A stretch of DNA of 31,242 nt from a virus, in the IMG/VR virus record IMGVR_UViG_3300038365_000206, positions 1 through 31,242 of that record; one strand, written 5' to 3'. The notes under the pieces are model-generated. The model saw nothing but the letters and a program-made list of their open reading frames with translations, was not told where the DNA came from and made no database searches. The position numbers and the translations under genes are program-made. How positions within the stretch are numbered: position 1 is the first letter of the stretch; every line of letters starts with the position of its first letter. This document shows positions 9,754 through 18,995 of the stretch, one piece after another.

Positions 9754-10200
9754 TTAGAAATCTAGACTGTTAGTGTCTTCAGGCTTACTAACTACCATTA
9801 TACCCAATGTTGGGGTTCTGGTGGGTGATTTATTATCCACATAGGGTTCTAAATCACTTTTAAGGTCATCTGTAAAAATAGCACTACTAGTTAATTGTAC
9901 TTTCCATTCATTCACACGTATAAGTGGTGTGTCACGGCGGGTAACTGCTTGACCTGCCATGTTAGCGGCCATCCTGAGACTTACACTTTCAACAGTTCCC
10001 GGGACCGCTTCATCATCATCTCCAAATGTTTGATGACAATAAGAATCAATAATATCCTTAATCTGCACAAGCCACTTAACAACCAATGCATTTAAAGCCT
10101 TTGCAGGGTCTGATTCATCTTCAAGGTTCACATTTTCTGGTTTAAGTCCTGCGAATTGGATCACATCTGCAGGTGTGGAATAATAAGTAGGAGAGGTCAT
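9754..10200 (-). CDS. Head-tail adaptor/connector protein
   Basis: First gene after the capsid gene; YSTPADV...IIDSYC...VPGTVESVSLRMAAN pattern. Confidence 0.7.
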   Translation of the reverse strand: MTSPTYYSTPADVIQFAGLKPENVNLEDESDPAKALNALVVKWLVQIKDIIDSYCHQTFGDDDEAVPGTVESVSLRMAANMAGQAVTRRDTPLIRVNEWKVQLTSSAIFTDDLKSDLEPYVDNKSPTRTPTLGIMVVSKPEDTNSLDF

Positions 10201-10222
10201 AATCTTTTAAACCTCCCCTGTT

Positions 10223-11212
10223 TTAGCTGGATGGTTTTTCAGTTTCAGGGAATGCTACAACCACAGCTTTTTCATTCTCATAGTCTGCATCGGCCTCAAG
10301 GGTGATAATCCAATCAGTCTTACGCTCCCTTGCAATCCTATCAGGTTCAACTGTGATCTCATGGAATATACCATAACAAAGGTTAGCAGGGTTAACAAGC
10401 ATAGCTGCTGTACCTACGGTTGTTTTACCTTCTGTATCCTCTAAAACTGGAGCATATTTAAGGACTATTCCTTTATAAACTGGTGTCCAATCGGTTGTTA
10501 GAGCTATATCTCCAGCTCCGGTACTTCTAGCAATTACATAATCCCTGTAAGCATCAAGAATATCCCATGGGACATAAAAACGCATTTGCGAAAGGTTTCC
10601 AAGGTATTCTTTTGGGTAAGCTTTAAGCATTGCATCTAACATTTTTTCGACTTTGGTACCGTCAAAGTCACTGTTATCTGTTGAGGATCCGCTTGATTTT
10701 TTACCGTATAATTTGATTCCTGCGCTTTTTATCCAACCATCAGTTAAACTTAAGATGCTTGTATTTGCGAATTTGCTTTTATCTGCCCACATACAGAAGG
10801 CTTCAAGATCCAATCCTGAAGCATTGGTAAACATTGCTATAAGGGTGTTCTGGAAGTTTTCCCTCTCAATGGTCCTTCTTAAAGTGGTGTCATAGATACC
10901 AGTTGCACCACCCAGTTCTTGAGCCTGTAATGTATTCTGGTGGAATGATGCTTTCTGATCATTTGATATGGCGGTTCCCTCTTTTGCAGGGTAAAGGAAC
11001 CTTCCAGAAAAGCCTACGCGATCTATGTTCTGTTGCTGTGTTTGCATCTCAATAAAACGTGCTTCATTTAGAACAGTTTTGTCCTTTGTTGCTTCAACTA
11101 CATATTTACTGTAATATGCAGGCTGTAAAACACTGCTTCCTACATCTGCTTGTGTTATTGCTTTTTTAGCTGTTGCAATTACTTCTAACATGTCCATGTT
11201 ACTTACTGCCAT
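10223..11212 (-). CDS. Major capsid protein (HK97 fold)
   Basis: 329 aa after the protease; C-terminal LVNPANLCYGIFHEITVEPDR...DWIITLEADADY pattern; GGAGG RBS. Confidence 0.9.
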   Translation of the reverse strand: MAVSNMDMLEVIATAKKAITQADVGSSVLQPAYYSKYVVEATKDKTVLNEARFIEMQTQQQNIDRVGFSGRFLYPAKEGTAISNDQKASFHQNTLQAQELGGATGIYDTTLRRTIERENFQNTLIAMFTNASGLDLEAFCMWADKSKFANTSILSLTDGWIKSAGIKLYGKKSSGSSTDNSDFDGTKVEKMLDAMLKAYPKEYLGNLSQMRFYVPWDILDAYRDYVIARSTGAGDIALTTDWTPVYKGIVLKYAPVLEDTEGKTTVGTAAMLVNPANLCYGIFHEITVEPDRIARERKTDWIITLEADADYENEKAVVVAFPETEKPSS

Positions 11213-11230
11213 ATTTTTATTCCTCCTAAT

Positions 11231-12301
11231 TTAATTCTTTAATATTTTTACTCCAAGTGCATCCCTTCCGGTTGCCTCGTAAACGCTTTTAACTGCGGGT
11301 TGTGGGTTGTTTTTGCCAGTGTCATTGTTTGTTAGGGATTTAGTCCCTGCCTGCTGGGTTCCATCATCATTGTTTTCTTCATCACTTTTGCCTGCTCCAC
11401 TGTTTGTGAGTTTAGCCCCACAGGAAGGGCAGAATTTTGCATCTGATGGACAGGTTGCCTTACATTTAGGGCATTTTTGGGTATCTGCCTTTTCTGATTT
11501 GCCTTCAAGTTCCTTTAGACGTGCATCAAATGGTTCAATTGCTTTCTGAACTGCGTTTGTCACATCATCCACAGTTAATCCATCTTTTTCCTTTTTACTT
11601 CCTTCATCTGTCACGGTTTCATCTCCTTTGGGTTTTGTATCGTTTTTAGAGTCCAAATTAAGTAAATTATTAAGAATGTCACGTGCTTTGGTTAGTGAGC
11701 TCTTGTTATCTTTTGAAAGTGTTCTTCCTGCCTTTTGGCTGGGTGTTTCTGGTGGTGTGCTCTTAACACTACAAAAGGTTGCATCATAAACACAAGGTGA
11801 TTCTACAATACTTATTGTGTATCCTACGGGATTTTCCAGGTCTTTTATTAGAACTCTTTCTTTATTCATGGATTTTATTGTCTTTTCTGTTGCTAATTTG
11901 TCAGCTATATCTTTAGATAAGGCTGTTAAGCTGAATCCTGTGTAAACGCCTTTTTTAACATTGTCCCAGGTGTCATTGTCAGTAACATGTAATGTTGCCA
12001 TCCATGTTCCTGTGGGATACTCTTTTTCCTCCCCTTGAACATTTTTCAGGGTCATAGGTTCCCTTAATTGCCATGATTCCACAACATTACCGACGTCTTG
12101 GCCTGTTTCAAAGTAATCATGTTGTTTGTCCACGATCTGGTGTTTTGCCATGAATTCTTGGCTTATCTGTTTAATTTCTTCAGTTGTGAGTTCTTTCTCT
12201 CCTCTGCAAGCATCACAGTCTTTGTAGTTAGGTATGAGTACGGGGGCTGTGATGAGCTGTTCTTCATCGTTTTTAATGCTTATCATGCTTTTTACTGTCA
12301 A
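11231..12301 (-). CDS. XkdF-like prohead protease fused to a scaffold region containing a double zinc ribbon
   Basis: LITAPVLIP...DKQH...VVESW...GTWMATLHV...VKKGVYTGFSL motifs; CPKC-x10-CPSC in the charged C-terminal tail; TTG start with GGAGGTGA RBS. Confidence 0.8.
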   Translation of the reverse strand: MTVKSMISIKNDEEQLITAPVLIPNYKDCDACRGEKELTTEEIKQISQEFMAKHQIVDKQHDYFETGQDVGNVVESWQLREPMTLKNVQGEEKEYPTGTWMATLHVTDNDTWDNVKKGVYTGFSLTALSKDIADKLATEKTIKSMNKERVLIKDLENPVGYTISIVESPCVYDATFCSVKSTPPETPSQKAGRTLSKDNKSSLTKARDILNNLLNLDSKNDTKPKGDETVTDEGSKKEKDGLTVDDVTNAVQKAIEPFDARLKELEGKSEKADTQKCPKCKATCPSDAKFCPSCGAKLTNSGAGKSDEENNDDGTQQAGTKSLTNNDTGKNNPQPAVKSVYEATGRDALGVKILKN

Positions 12302-12396
12302 ATAATTTCACCTCCAACTTTTTTTTTAAATCATAACTTAAAAATGGCAAAAGGGTATAACTTATTAAATTAGAATATTACCCAGGGGGGCAGGTC

Positions 12397-12708
12397 ATGT
12401 TAGATTATATGGAATACACAATACAACAAAATTCTTTAGACTCTATAGTCGTGAATTTGGTTTTCAAAGATCCATCTAAAAACAATGCTGATAAAAAGGA
12501 TTTAAAACAATTTTTAGACGAATTTTCGAGTTTAGACTCTGAAATAATTGATCTTGATGTACAATGTGAGAGCCTTTGCAAACTCTGTTTAAAAGTGCGT
12601 TATCCCATGGAATACTGGTCTAATTTGGATGAAAATACAAAACAAAAAGTTATATTAAGTTATTCACATGAATTCCAGGAAGCTTACAACCAACAATTTC
12701 CCGATTAA
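12397..12708 (+). CDS. Hypothetical acidic protein; moron-like insertion on the opposite strand of the head operon
   Basis: Only substantial plus-strand ORF in the structural module. AT-rich, fills the intergenic gap, has an upstream AT-rich promoter-like tract, and overlaps the MuF stop by 4 nt. Confidence 0.65.
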   Translation: MLDYMEYTIQQNSLDSIVVNLVFKDPSKNNADKKDLKQFLDEFSSLDSEIIDLDVQCESLCKLCLKVRYPMEYWSNLDENTKQKVILSYSHEFQEAYNQQFPD

Positions 12709-13655
12709 TTTTCAGGTCGCTGCCATGCCTTGGGTGGTTCAACCTGTTCCACTGTACCATAAGGCATACCCGTTGCATCCTCAAAGTGTGGGATCTGCAC
12801 CAAATCACCAGGATAAAAATTAGTTAAAAGTGGCGGAGCCATATAACCAAGAGGCATAATAAACGGTACTAAAGTACAACGACAATTAATCCATTCCTTT
12901 ATAGGGCCGGCACGGTCTCCAGGGAATTTTAACCCGTTGCTGAAGGTTGCACCAACTGCGGTGATTTGGCCGTGCATGTGTCGGTGACTGTCACGTACTC
13001 TTCCATCTTCAGAGGACCACCATTGATGATAAGTAACTCCAGCTTCCTGTTCTGTTAGGTAGGATCCCTTGTTTTGTGCACCGAGGATCTCAGTGGTTGC
13101 AACCCGTCGGAGTTCATGGGTTTTCATGTTTGTGAACTCAGATCGAAGATTATCTGCAGCTTCTCTCATCCCTATGCCTTCTTTGTAGGAGTTTGAGAGG
13201 TTTTCCATAACATTACCACGCAAACGGCTCAGAGTGTTCTGGGAGGCCTTGAAGATCTGATCTTTCAAGCTATTGTAAATTACATCACTAAAACCTCCAG
13301 GTGTAATGCGGACCTGCATTTTGAATGGTAGCATGGATTGTGTTCCTAAACGTCCTGTGTCCATGGCTACTTTAGTTCGCTGGTAAATGGTTTGGCTGTA
13401 GTTTTCAAGTGCCAGGTCAAAATTAGAAATTACACTGTTTATCTCAGCCCATGCACGATCCACCTCACCATAATCAAGTAGACTTTGTATGGTGGTTCTT
13501 TGGGCTTCATTGAAGAGTTTAATCAGGTCCTGTGATAATCCAAATTCCAGGTTCATTATGGATTCAAAGCTTGCCTTTAATGCGACGTATTGCATTCGTG
13601 AAGCCTTGACCCTTTCCGCCATCTCCAAGGCCGTCATGCTTAACTGCGATGTCAT
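12705..13655 (-). CDS. MuF / SPP1 gp7-like minor head protein
   Basis: RRVATTE...HQWWSSEDGRVRDSH...LKFPGD...INCRC motifs; follows the portal gene. Exact start is uncertain (several in-frame ATGs). Confidence 0.85.
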   Translation of the reverse strand: MTSQLSMTALEMAERVKASRMQYVALKASFESIMNLEFGLSQDLIKLFNEAQRTTIQSLLDYGEVDRAWAEINSVISNFDLALENYSQTIYQRTKVAMDTGRLGTQSMLPFKMQVRITPGGFSDVIYNSLKDQIFKASQNTLSRLRGNVMENLSNSYKEGIGMREAADNLRSEFTNMKTHELRRVATTEILGAQNKGSYLTEQEAGVTYHQWWSSEDGRVRDSHRHMHGQITAVGATFSNGLKFPGDRAGPIKEWINCRCTLVPFIMPLGYMAPPLLTNFYPGDLVQIPHFEDATGMPYGTVEQVEPPKAWQRPEN

Positions 13656-15138
13656 TTAATCCATCCTCCAAGCTTTTCAGAACATTATCAACCGCAGGAA
13701 CAGGTATCTGCTTAGACTGTGGACTGCTTAATTGGCTTACAGGAACCCCATTCATATAATAATCATCCATTAAAGGATCAGTACTTCTTTCAAGATTAAA
13801 ACGCTCACTAAAATACTCTATACCCTGATTAGGTGTCATCATAGCATTACTAATGAGTTTCACTGCACTATCAACATCCAGAGCAACATCCCGTATGTCA
13901 CCTTCTTGGATACCAAAGGTCCAATCCATGATGTTAAAGCCTTGATTTATCACGTAATAAGTGATGGCATTGCAGATTTGGCTTTGTATTGGGTTGATTA
14001 CTCCCATTTTGTAGATCTTTGTGGATTCTTCACTGTTACTACCGCCAAGGCTTCCTGTTTCATTGATTCCTATCCGGTAGGGTGGTACTTTATGAGCATG
14101 TATGATTTCATCTCGGTTGTCCTTCCTGAACAATCTGAAACTGGCTTCTTTGGTGTCTGTTGCAAGTGGTTTGAGTTCCACGTTAACTTTACCTTCACCA
14201 CTAATACTGGGTATTGTGAGGACCAGGGTTGAGTAGGGATCCTGCATCAACTTCTGCATATTGGATTGGATCTGGCCTTTGAGGGTTTTATCAAAGTTAT
14301 AATTTGGATCATCTTCTTCCAGGTCATTGGTTTGGAAGTCACCCGTTATGATAACTGCAAAGGCCGGTACACCATAATTATCAAAGAAAGCCACATTATA
14401 CTTTAATCTTGCCCTATCACCGTAAATGGCCCCAATGGCTGGTATTATTGGTGGTAGGCCGTAGAATGTGGATCTTGGTGTGTACCTTTTAATCCAGATT
14501 ACTTCATCACCTCGGACATCTTTGGGTAAGGATCCGTATGGTGCAAGGTCTCCTGTGTCTTTATTAACGTCTTTTCCTGTTCCGGCTCGGACAAACCAGA
14601 CTTTATTTGCACCAATTTGTTGTAAAATCCGTATTCCATCACTATGTCGCCTTAACGTGTAGGATGGTATGTGTGCCAGGTTGTCAGGTGGTGTTTTACT
14701 CCGGCCTTCCTTGATAATCTCAATAGCACCATAACCCACTGTTTGACGGTCATTAACACTCTGATTAATGATCTGCGTAACACTAGGATGGATACTATCA
14801 AAGAAAGCTGTGAGCTTGTTTTTATTGGTTTGTGTGCCTTTACGGTCCTTAGCAGGCATCAAAGTATAACCCAAACCAGCCACATCAGTTGCCACAGCCT
14901 CACAACAAGAAGCATGATACGTGTTCAACTCAGGCAGGTTCGTCAACCAAACCGGATTATAAAGCGGTTGAAGTAAATAATCCGCCTTATACATCCCCTC
15001 AAAAGAATCATTTAACTGTTTACTGTCTGTGGCTTCATCGGTTTTGAGTGCATACTTCATGAGTGTGCTGTCTTTAACCACAAGGCCTGTATCAGTAACA
15101 TACGCATAAGGCCTACGCTTAGAATTGTTATCTGTCAT
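13564..15138 (-). CDS. Portal protein (PBSX/HK97-like)
   Basis: Follows terL; FYGLPPIIPAIGAI, FFDNYGVPAFAVII and AHKVPPYRIG motifs. Confidence 0.9.
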   Translation of the reverse strand: MTDNNSKRRPYAYVTDTGLVVKDSTLMKYALKTDEATDSKQLNDSFEGMYKADYLLQPLYNPVWLTNLPELNTYHASCCEAVATDVAGLGYTLMPAKDRKGTQTNKNKLTAFFDSIHPSVTQIINQSVNDRQTVGYGAIEIIKEGRSKTPPDNLAHIPSYTLRRHSDGIRILQQIGANKVWFVRAGTGKDVNKDTGDLAPYGSLPKDVRGDEVIWIKRYTPRSTFYGLPPIIPAIGAIYGDRARLKYNVAFFDNYGVPAFAVIITGDFQTNDLEEDDPNYNFDKTLKGQIQSNMQKLMQDPYSTLVLTIPSISGEGKVNVELKPLATDTKEASFRLFRKDNRDEIIHAHKVPPYRIGINETGSLGGSNSEESTKIYKMGVINPIQSQICNAITYYVINQGFNIMDWTFGIQEGDIRDVALDVDSAVKLISNAMMTPNQGIEYFSERFNLERSTDPLMDDYYMNGVPVSQLSSPQSKQIPVPAVDNVLKSLEDGLNDIAVKHDGLGDGGKGQGFTNAIRRIKGKL

Positions 15139-15184
15139 AGATATGAACTCCTTAAAATAGAATAGTAAAAAATAGAAACTTTAA

Positions 15185-16666
15185 TTAGACGTTTACGCTT
15201 GCTCGTGGTCTTAAATTAATAATAGCACCAGAAGCAGCATCAACCTGATCCTTCCAATGACCATGAGGAAACTTAACAAGCTCCGTGACAAAATCATCAG
15301 TCCAATACTCATCTAAAACATGGATAAAACCACCTTCCGCCTTAATTTCCAGGTGTTCAGCTCTCATTTCTTTACTCATTCGGACTCTATCCGGCCTGAA
15401 TACATAACCAGATAATCCTTCAGTGTATGCTGCTACCTGGAATTTACCGGATTGTGCACCTTCCTGTTCCATTACAACTCGAACATTCCGTCCATCTGCC
15501 TTTGCTGTTCTTTGTACAAGGGCTTTTACTTTAAATGGACTTAATTGTTTTCTTATAACATTTAAAAGGTAATAGTTTTCAAATCCGGGTCTCATTCCAC
15601 GTTCACGGCCCCAAAGTTCTCCCACTGTGTATGCGGATTGTTTGTTGTCTTCGTGGTCTGTACCTGCAAGGTCCCAGTATCGTAGGAAATCCAGTTTATT
15701 CAGGGGTATATCCTGTTTTTTAACTTTTTTGAACCATTTTTCCTTGAACATTTCACCTTCACGGTCTTGAGGATCTCCTTGTTCTACCGCGTTGAATCTG
15801 AAGGTTCCCATGGTCTTTTTGAGTCGTAAAGCTTTGGCTTTATTGACTCGTGCAGGCCATAATGGTTCTCCCTTTGCTCTGCCAAGAATGTCATTTTCCT
15901 CTGCAAGTAAAGGAAGGTTTAAAACAACCCATGTATCTTCTGGTATGGATCCGCCGTTTCTTAAGATTTGAAGTGCTTCACTGGCGTTTATGTGTGGTTC
16001 TGCTTTGAGTATTTGACCTGCAAGGTCCATAACATCAAGACGTTGTGCAATGTACACCATTGAACCGGGCATACCATCGAACAAGTCACGTTCAACCCTT
16101 TGTAATGCTACGTTAAGGTACCATTCCCAGATTTTGGCTTGGTAGGTTGGTGAACTGGCTTCTGCGGGGTTTTTGTGTGGGTCATCTATGATGAAGAGGT
16201 TGGCACCTTCACCCATAATTGGGCCGCCAGCTCCACCAGTGATTAATCCACCTTTATGGTCTGTTATATCCCATTTATGGCTTGCTTTACTATCATTCCG
16301 GATTAAAACATCCGATAGGAACATGTCAGTTCCATAGGTTTGTAGTAGATCCCGTGTTTCACGGCCCCATTTAGCTGCAAAGCCTGCACCATAACTGGTT
16401 AGAATAGCTCTTTTTTCAAGGAAAGTACCAAGGTACCATGAAAGAAAGTATTTAGAAATTAATTCACTTTTACCATGCCTTGGAGGCATGAATATCATTA
16501 AACGATTAAGCTTACCTTGAACAAGATAAATAAGAAACTCAATAACAAGAACAAGATGTGGTAAAGGCTTCCAACGTTTATGGCTTGCTTCAATAGCAAA
16601 TGTTCCAGGACCATAAGGCATTTCACGATTTAATGTCCTCTTTTTTGCTAATGGCACGTAAAACAC
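15185..16666 (-). CDS. terL: Terminase large subunit (real start probably the ATG at 16621, MPYGP)
   Basis: Walker A PPRHGKS, Walker B LFIIDDPHK, RNase H-like nuclease RYWDLA...DQVDA. Confidence 0.95.
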   Translation of the reverse strand: MFYVPLAKKRTLNREMPYGPGTFAIEASHKRWKPLPHLVLVIEFLIYLVQGKLNRLMIFMPPRHGKSELISKYFLSWYLGTFLEKRAILTSYGAGFAAKWGRETRDLLQTYGTDMFLSDVLIRNDSKASHKWDITDHKGGLITGGAGGPIMGEGANLFIIDDPHKNPAEASSPTYQAKIWEWYLNVALQRVERDLFDGMPGSMVYIAQRLDVMDLAGQILKAEPHINASEALQILRNGGSIPEDTWVVLNLPLLAEENDILGRAKGEPLWPARVNKAKALRLKKTMGTFRFNAVEQGDPQDREGEMFKEKWFKKVKKQDIPLNKLDFLRYWDLAGTDHEDNKQSAYTVGELWGRERGMRPGFENYYLLNVIRKQLSPFKVKALVQRTAKADGRNVRVVMEQEGAQSGKFQVAAYTEGLSGYVFRPDRVRMSKEMRAEHLEIKAEGGFIHVLDEYWTDDFVTELVKFPHGHWKDQVDAASGAIINLRPRASVNV

Positions 16667-17216
16667 CTAATTCTTGATTTTTAAATTTGTCTGTGCCAAG
16701 CATTTCTATTGTGTGCTTGTATCTCTGCTCTGCATCAACCTCAAACTTGCCTAAGGATTCACCTTGTGCAGTTTTAACAACATCTTGTGCAGATTTCAGG
16801 GCATCACCTGCCATTTTGAGATGATAAGGATTTAAAAACGATGCTTTACCCAGGTTTAGATTTATCCATTCACTTACAAGTTTACGTAGGTTTTCCCCAC
16901 TTCGTTCAAAATCAGTGTCACTTTGAACAATGGTTTCAGCATCGTAGTTTGCAGCTTCATCTTCTTCTTGTGGATCCATTCCGGTGGGTGTATGACATTT
17001 TTTTTCTTGGACTTTTTTTGTCACGTTGAGTTTGTATCTTTTTCTTTGTTCTGTCCATTTTTCTTCGGATGCTTTGTTTCGTATGGTTCCTGCGGATGGT
17101 GGATATAGTTCTGCTAGGCGATCGTAGGTTGGGTAGTGTTTTAGTCCGTCGTTTTCGGTTCTTCCGCGGATGTAATCTTTTTTGATGGCGTCCCAGTTGG
17201 TGGCTTTTTTTGTCAT
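16623..17216 (-). CDS. terS: Terminase small subunit
   Basis: Immediately upstream of terL; N-terminal WDAIKKDY...HTH (TYDRLAELY...TIRNKASEEKW); GGTGA RBS. Confidence 0.75.
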   Translation of the reverse strand: MTKKATNWDAIKKDYIRGRTENDGLKHYPTYDRLAELYPPSAGTIRNKASEEKWTEQRKRYKLNVTKKVQEKKCHTPTGMDPQEEDEAANYDAETIVQSDTDFERSGENLRKLVSEWINLNLGKASFLNPYHLKMAGDALKSAQDVVKTAQGESLGKFEVDAEQRYKHTIEMLGTDKFKNQELGVLRAISKKEDIKS

Positions 17217-17260
17217 TTTTTGTCACCTGTGAATGTCATTTTTTGTCATGTGGATTGTCA
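17211..17260. repeat. Five TGTCA motifs separated by T-tracts at 10-13 bp spacing across the terS start
   Basis: TGTCA at 17211, 17221, 17234, 17244 and 17256; TGTCATTTTTTGTCA occurs twice. Confidence 0.75.
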
Positions 17261-17629
17261 TTTTAGTCGTAGGTAGATGAAAACGTAAGCCAGAATTATT
17301 GATGAGACTATATTTACAGCTGCACTGAAGAGTATTAATATTCGTCGTGTTTTATTCGCATTATTCTTTCCTTTTTCCTCATTTTTACCCTGTTCTTTGT
17401 TCATATATCCCATGATTTTGTCTAATTTCCCGTCAATGCTTTGAATCTCGTCTTTGAGGGTTTTATTCATATCTTGAATATATGTGACAAGAAGGTTGTG
17501 TGCGGGGCAGACTTTGGCTGGTAAGTTTTGGTCTATCTCTGTGAGTATGTTGTTGGGGCTTATGGTTTCTGCTTTTATCTGCACGTCTGCTGCTTTGTTT
17601 AGGTTGTGTGATTCATCGTATAATGGCAT
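17258..17629 (-). CDS. Coiled-coil protein with a single C-terminal transmembrane helix
   Basis: Hydrophobic ILILFSAAVNIVSSIILAYVFIYL segment flanked by basic residues. Confidence 0.7.
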   Translation of the reverse strand: MPLYDESHNLNKAADVQIKAETISPNNILTEIDQNLPAKVCPAHNLLVTYIQDMNKTLKDEIQSIDGKLDKIMGYMNKEQGKNEEKGKNNANKTRRILILFSAAVNIVSSIILAYVFIYLRLK

Positions 17630-17658
17630 ATTAATCGCCCCACAATTTGATTATAGTT

Positions 17659-18066
17659 TTAGTTGGTTTTTGTTCCATCAACAGTTGTAGTGCTCTTTGC
17701 AGTCACAGCATCAGCAATTGCATTAATACTATCCTGTGACAACTTTATTTCCTGCACTTGTACCGTGTTGGTTGGTTCTTTTGATGTTTCTTTACCACTT
17801 GTGTCTGCTGCCAGGTCACTTATGTCATTGTTCACTTCATCCGCGGTTTCCTCCGGTGCTGCTGCAGTTGTTGCATTTTCTGAAACATCTGTTGATGTTG
17901 TGCTTGATAGCTTGTTACTTGCAACAGGTACACCTATAGCAGTACCCACAACCATTAAACCGGCTATTGCCATGTCTTGGTTTTTCATTGCAATTCCTGC
18001 AATGGATACAGCCCCTGCGATGATTACACCGATGAGGGTTATGTCTTTAGTTGTTACATCCATCAT
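17659..18066 (-). CDS. Membrane protein with two N-terminal TM helices and an acidic low-complexity tail (holin-like candidate)
   Basis: Two hydrophobic stretches in the first 50 aa; AAGGAGGA RBS. Confidence 0.65.
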   Translation of the reverse strand: MMDVTTKDITLIGVIIAGAVSIAGIAMKNQDMAIAGLMVVGTAIGVPVASNKLSSTTSTDVSENATTAAAPEETADEVNNDISDLAADTSGKETSKEPTNTVQVQEIKLSQDSINAIADAVTAKSTTTVDGTKTN

Positions 18067-18097
18067 TTATTCCTCCTTTTCAAGTTTTTTAAAAGAA

Positions 18098-18169
18098 TAT
18101 TCCTGCCACGAGTCGAACGTGGATCCCCGGATCCAAAGTCCAGGAGGCGTACCATTACCCCACAGGAAT
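18098..18169 (-). tRNA. tRNA-Gln (anticodon UUG), virus-encoded, no encoded CCA
   Basis: Cloverleaf: ATTCCTG/CAGGAAT acceptor (A1-U72, typical of archaeal tRNA-Gln), D stem GGGT/GCCT, anticodon stem CTGGA/TCCGG with loop CT-TTG-GA, T arm CCACG-TTCGACT-CGTGG, discriminator A. Confidence 0.95.
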
Positions 18170-18179
18170 TAAAGTAAAT

Positions 18180-18198
18180 TGTACGAGATTTTCGTACA
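18180..18198. promoter_or_regulatory. Inverted repeat TGTACGA-N5-TCGTACA just upstream of the tRNA and late operon
   Basis: Perfect 7-bp inverted repeat next to a T8 run, 10 nt upstream of the tRNA 5' end. Confidence 0.45.
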
Positions 18199-18287
18199 GT
18201 TAAAAAAAAGAAGTATACAAGAAATTCTGTAGGTTGAAAATGGTAAATTGGCAGAAAAACCATCCTCACCTATACTATACAACGTAG

Positions 18288-18995
18288 TCAAATTATTAAA
18301 TCGTCAAGAGCATTAAGTCTTCGCTCTATAACCCTATATCCTTGTTTATTAAGACCAACCGAGACAAAAGGTTCTCTATTATAACGTAATTCTTTCACTC
18401 TGTTCTGTTTCACAAGTACATATCGACAGATCCCTGCAATAATTGCATCAGTATTCAGCCTACGGTGGAAGTTTCGTAGGTTATGGGTGCGTACTATTTC
18501 ACGTACTATTTCACGCTGTTGTTTTGTCATCATTAGTTGATTACTTATCCTGTCAATTTCAAGTATTTTCTGTGCTTTTCGCCAGTCTTTCATGTCCGTG
18601 TGATTTATAACTGGTTTTCCAGCCCGTTTTAAGGCTTCTTTTTCATCATGTGTTGTTTTAGATCCTTTATTGATTTTATCGGTGCTACGGTTTTTCATGA
18701 GTTCCTGGTCTGGCAATGCAGGTGCACGGTCTGAAATTACCAAACCGCATTGTTTGCAGACAGTTTCACCACGCCATGAATCAGTCGCTTTTACAGGGTA
18801 ATGGCATTCTGGGCATTCTCCGAGTTGGGAGTGTTCAACGTGCCATTTACGACCATTATATTCCTTTTTAGTTTTAAGTAGCTCACGATTCTTCAAGAAC
18901 AAATCATGCTTAGCATTTGGAAAGGGAGACTTTGCAAAGAATGTTTCATAATCAAAGTTTTCAGGTTTAGTTTGAGCATTTGTTTCTGATTTTAT
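18288..18995 (-). CDS. TFIIB/TFB-like protein (Zn ribbon plus a single cyclin-like repeat); track start is TTG at 18902, likely start is ATA at 18995
   Basis: CPEC-x15-GETVCKQCGLVI is a classic TFIIB zinc ribbon, followed by a helical cyclin-like domain. The frame is open upstream to 19046, with a GTGGTG RBS-like motif 5 nt before the ATA. Confidence 0.75.
   Translation of the reverse strand: MKSETNAQTKPENFDYETFFAKSPFPNAKHDLFLKNRELLKTKKEYNGRKWHVEHSQLGECPECHYPVKATDSWRGETVCKQCGLVISDRAPALPDQELMKNRSTDKINKGSKTTHDEKEALKRAGKPVINHTDMKDWRKAQKILEIDRISNQLMMTKQQREIVREIVRTHNLRNFHRRLNTDAIIAGICRYVLVKQNRVKELRYNREPFVSVGLNKQGYRVIERRLNALDDLII

Noticed and set aside
773-17226. Numerous 60-115 aa track ORFs antisense to or nested in structural genes
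   Set aside because: They are shadow frames of long, motif-bearing genes, lack RBSs and have atypical composition. Only 12397..12708 occupies a true gap.
18098-18169. tRNA-Gln as the integration (att) site
   Set aside because: It lies mid-genome between core viral genes, and no duplicated 3' fragment is visible in the window.
18063-18269. 68-aa minus-strand ORF, and 17663..18172 / 17977..18177 on the plus strand
   Set aside because: They run through the tRNA-Gln or are antisense shadows of the membrane protein gene.
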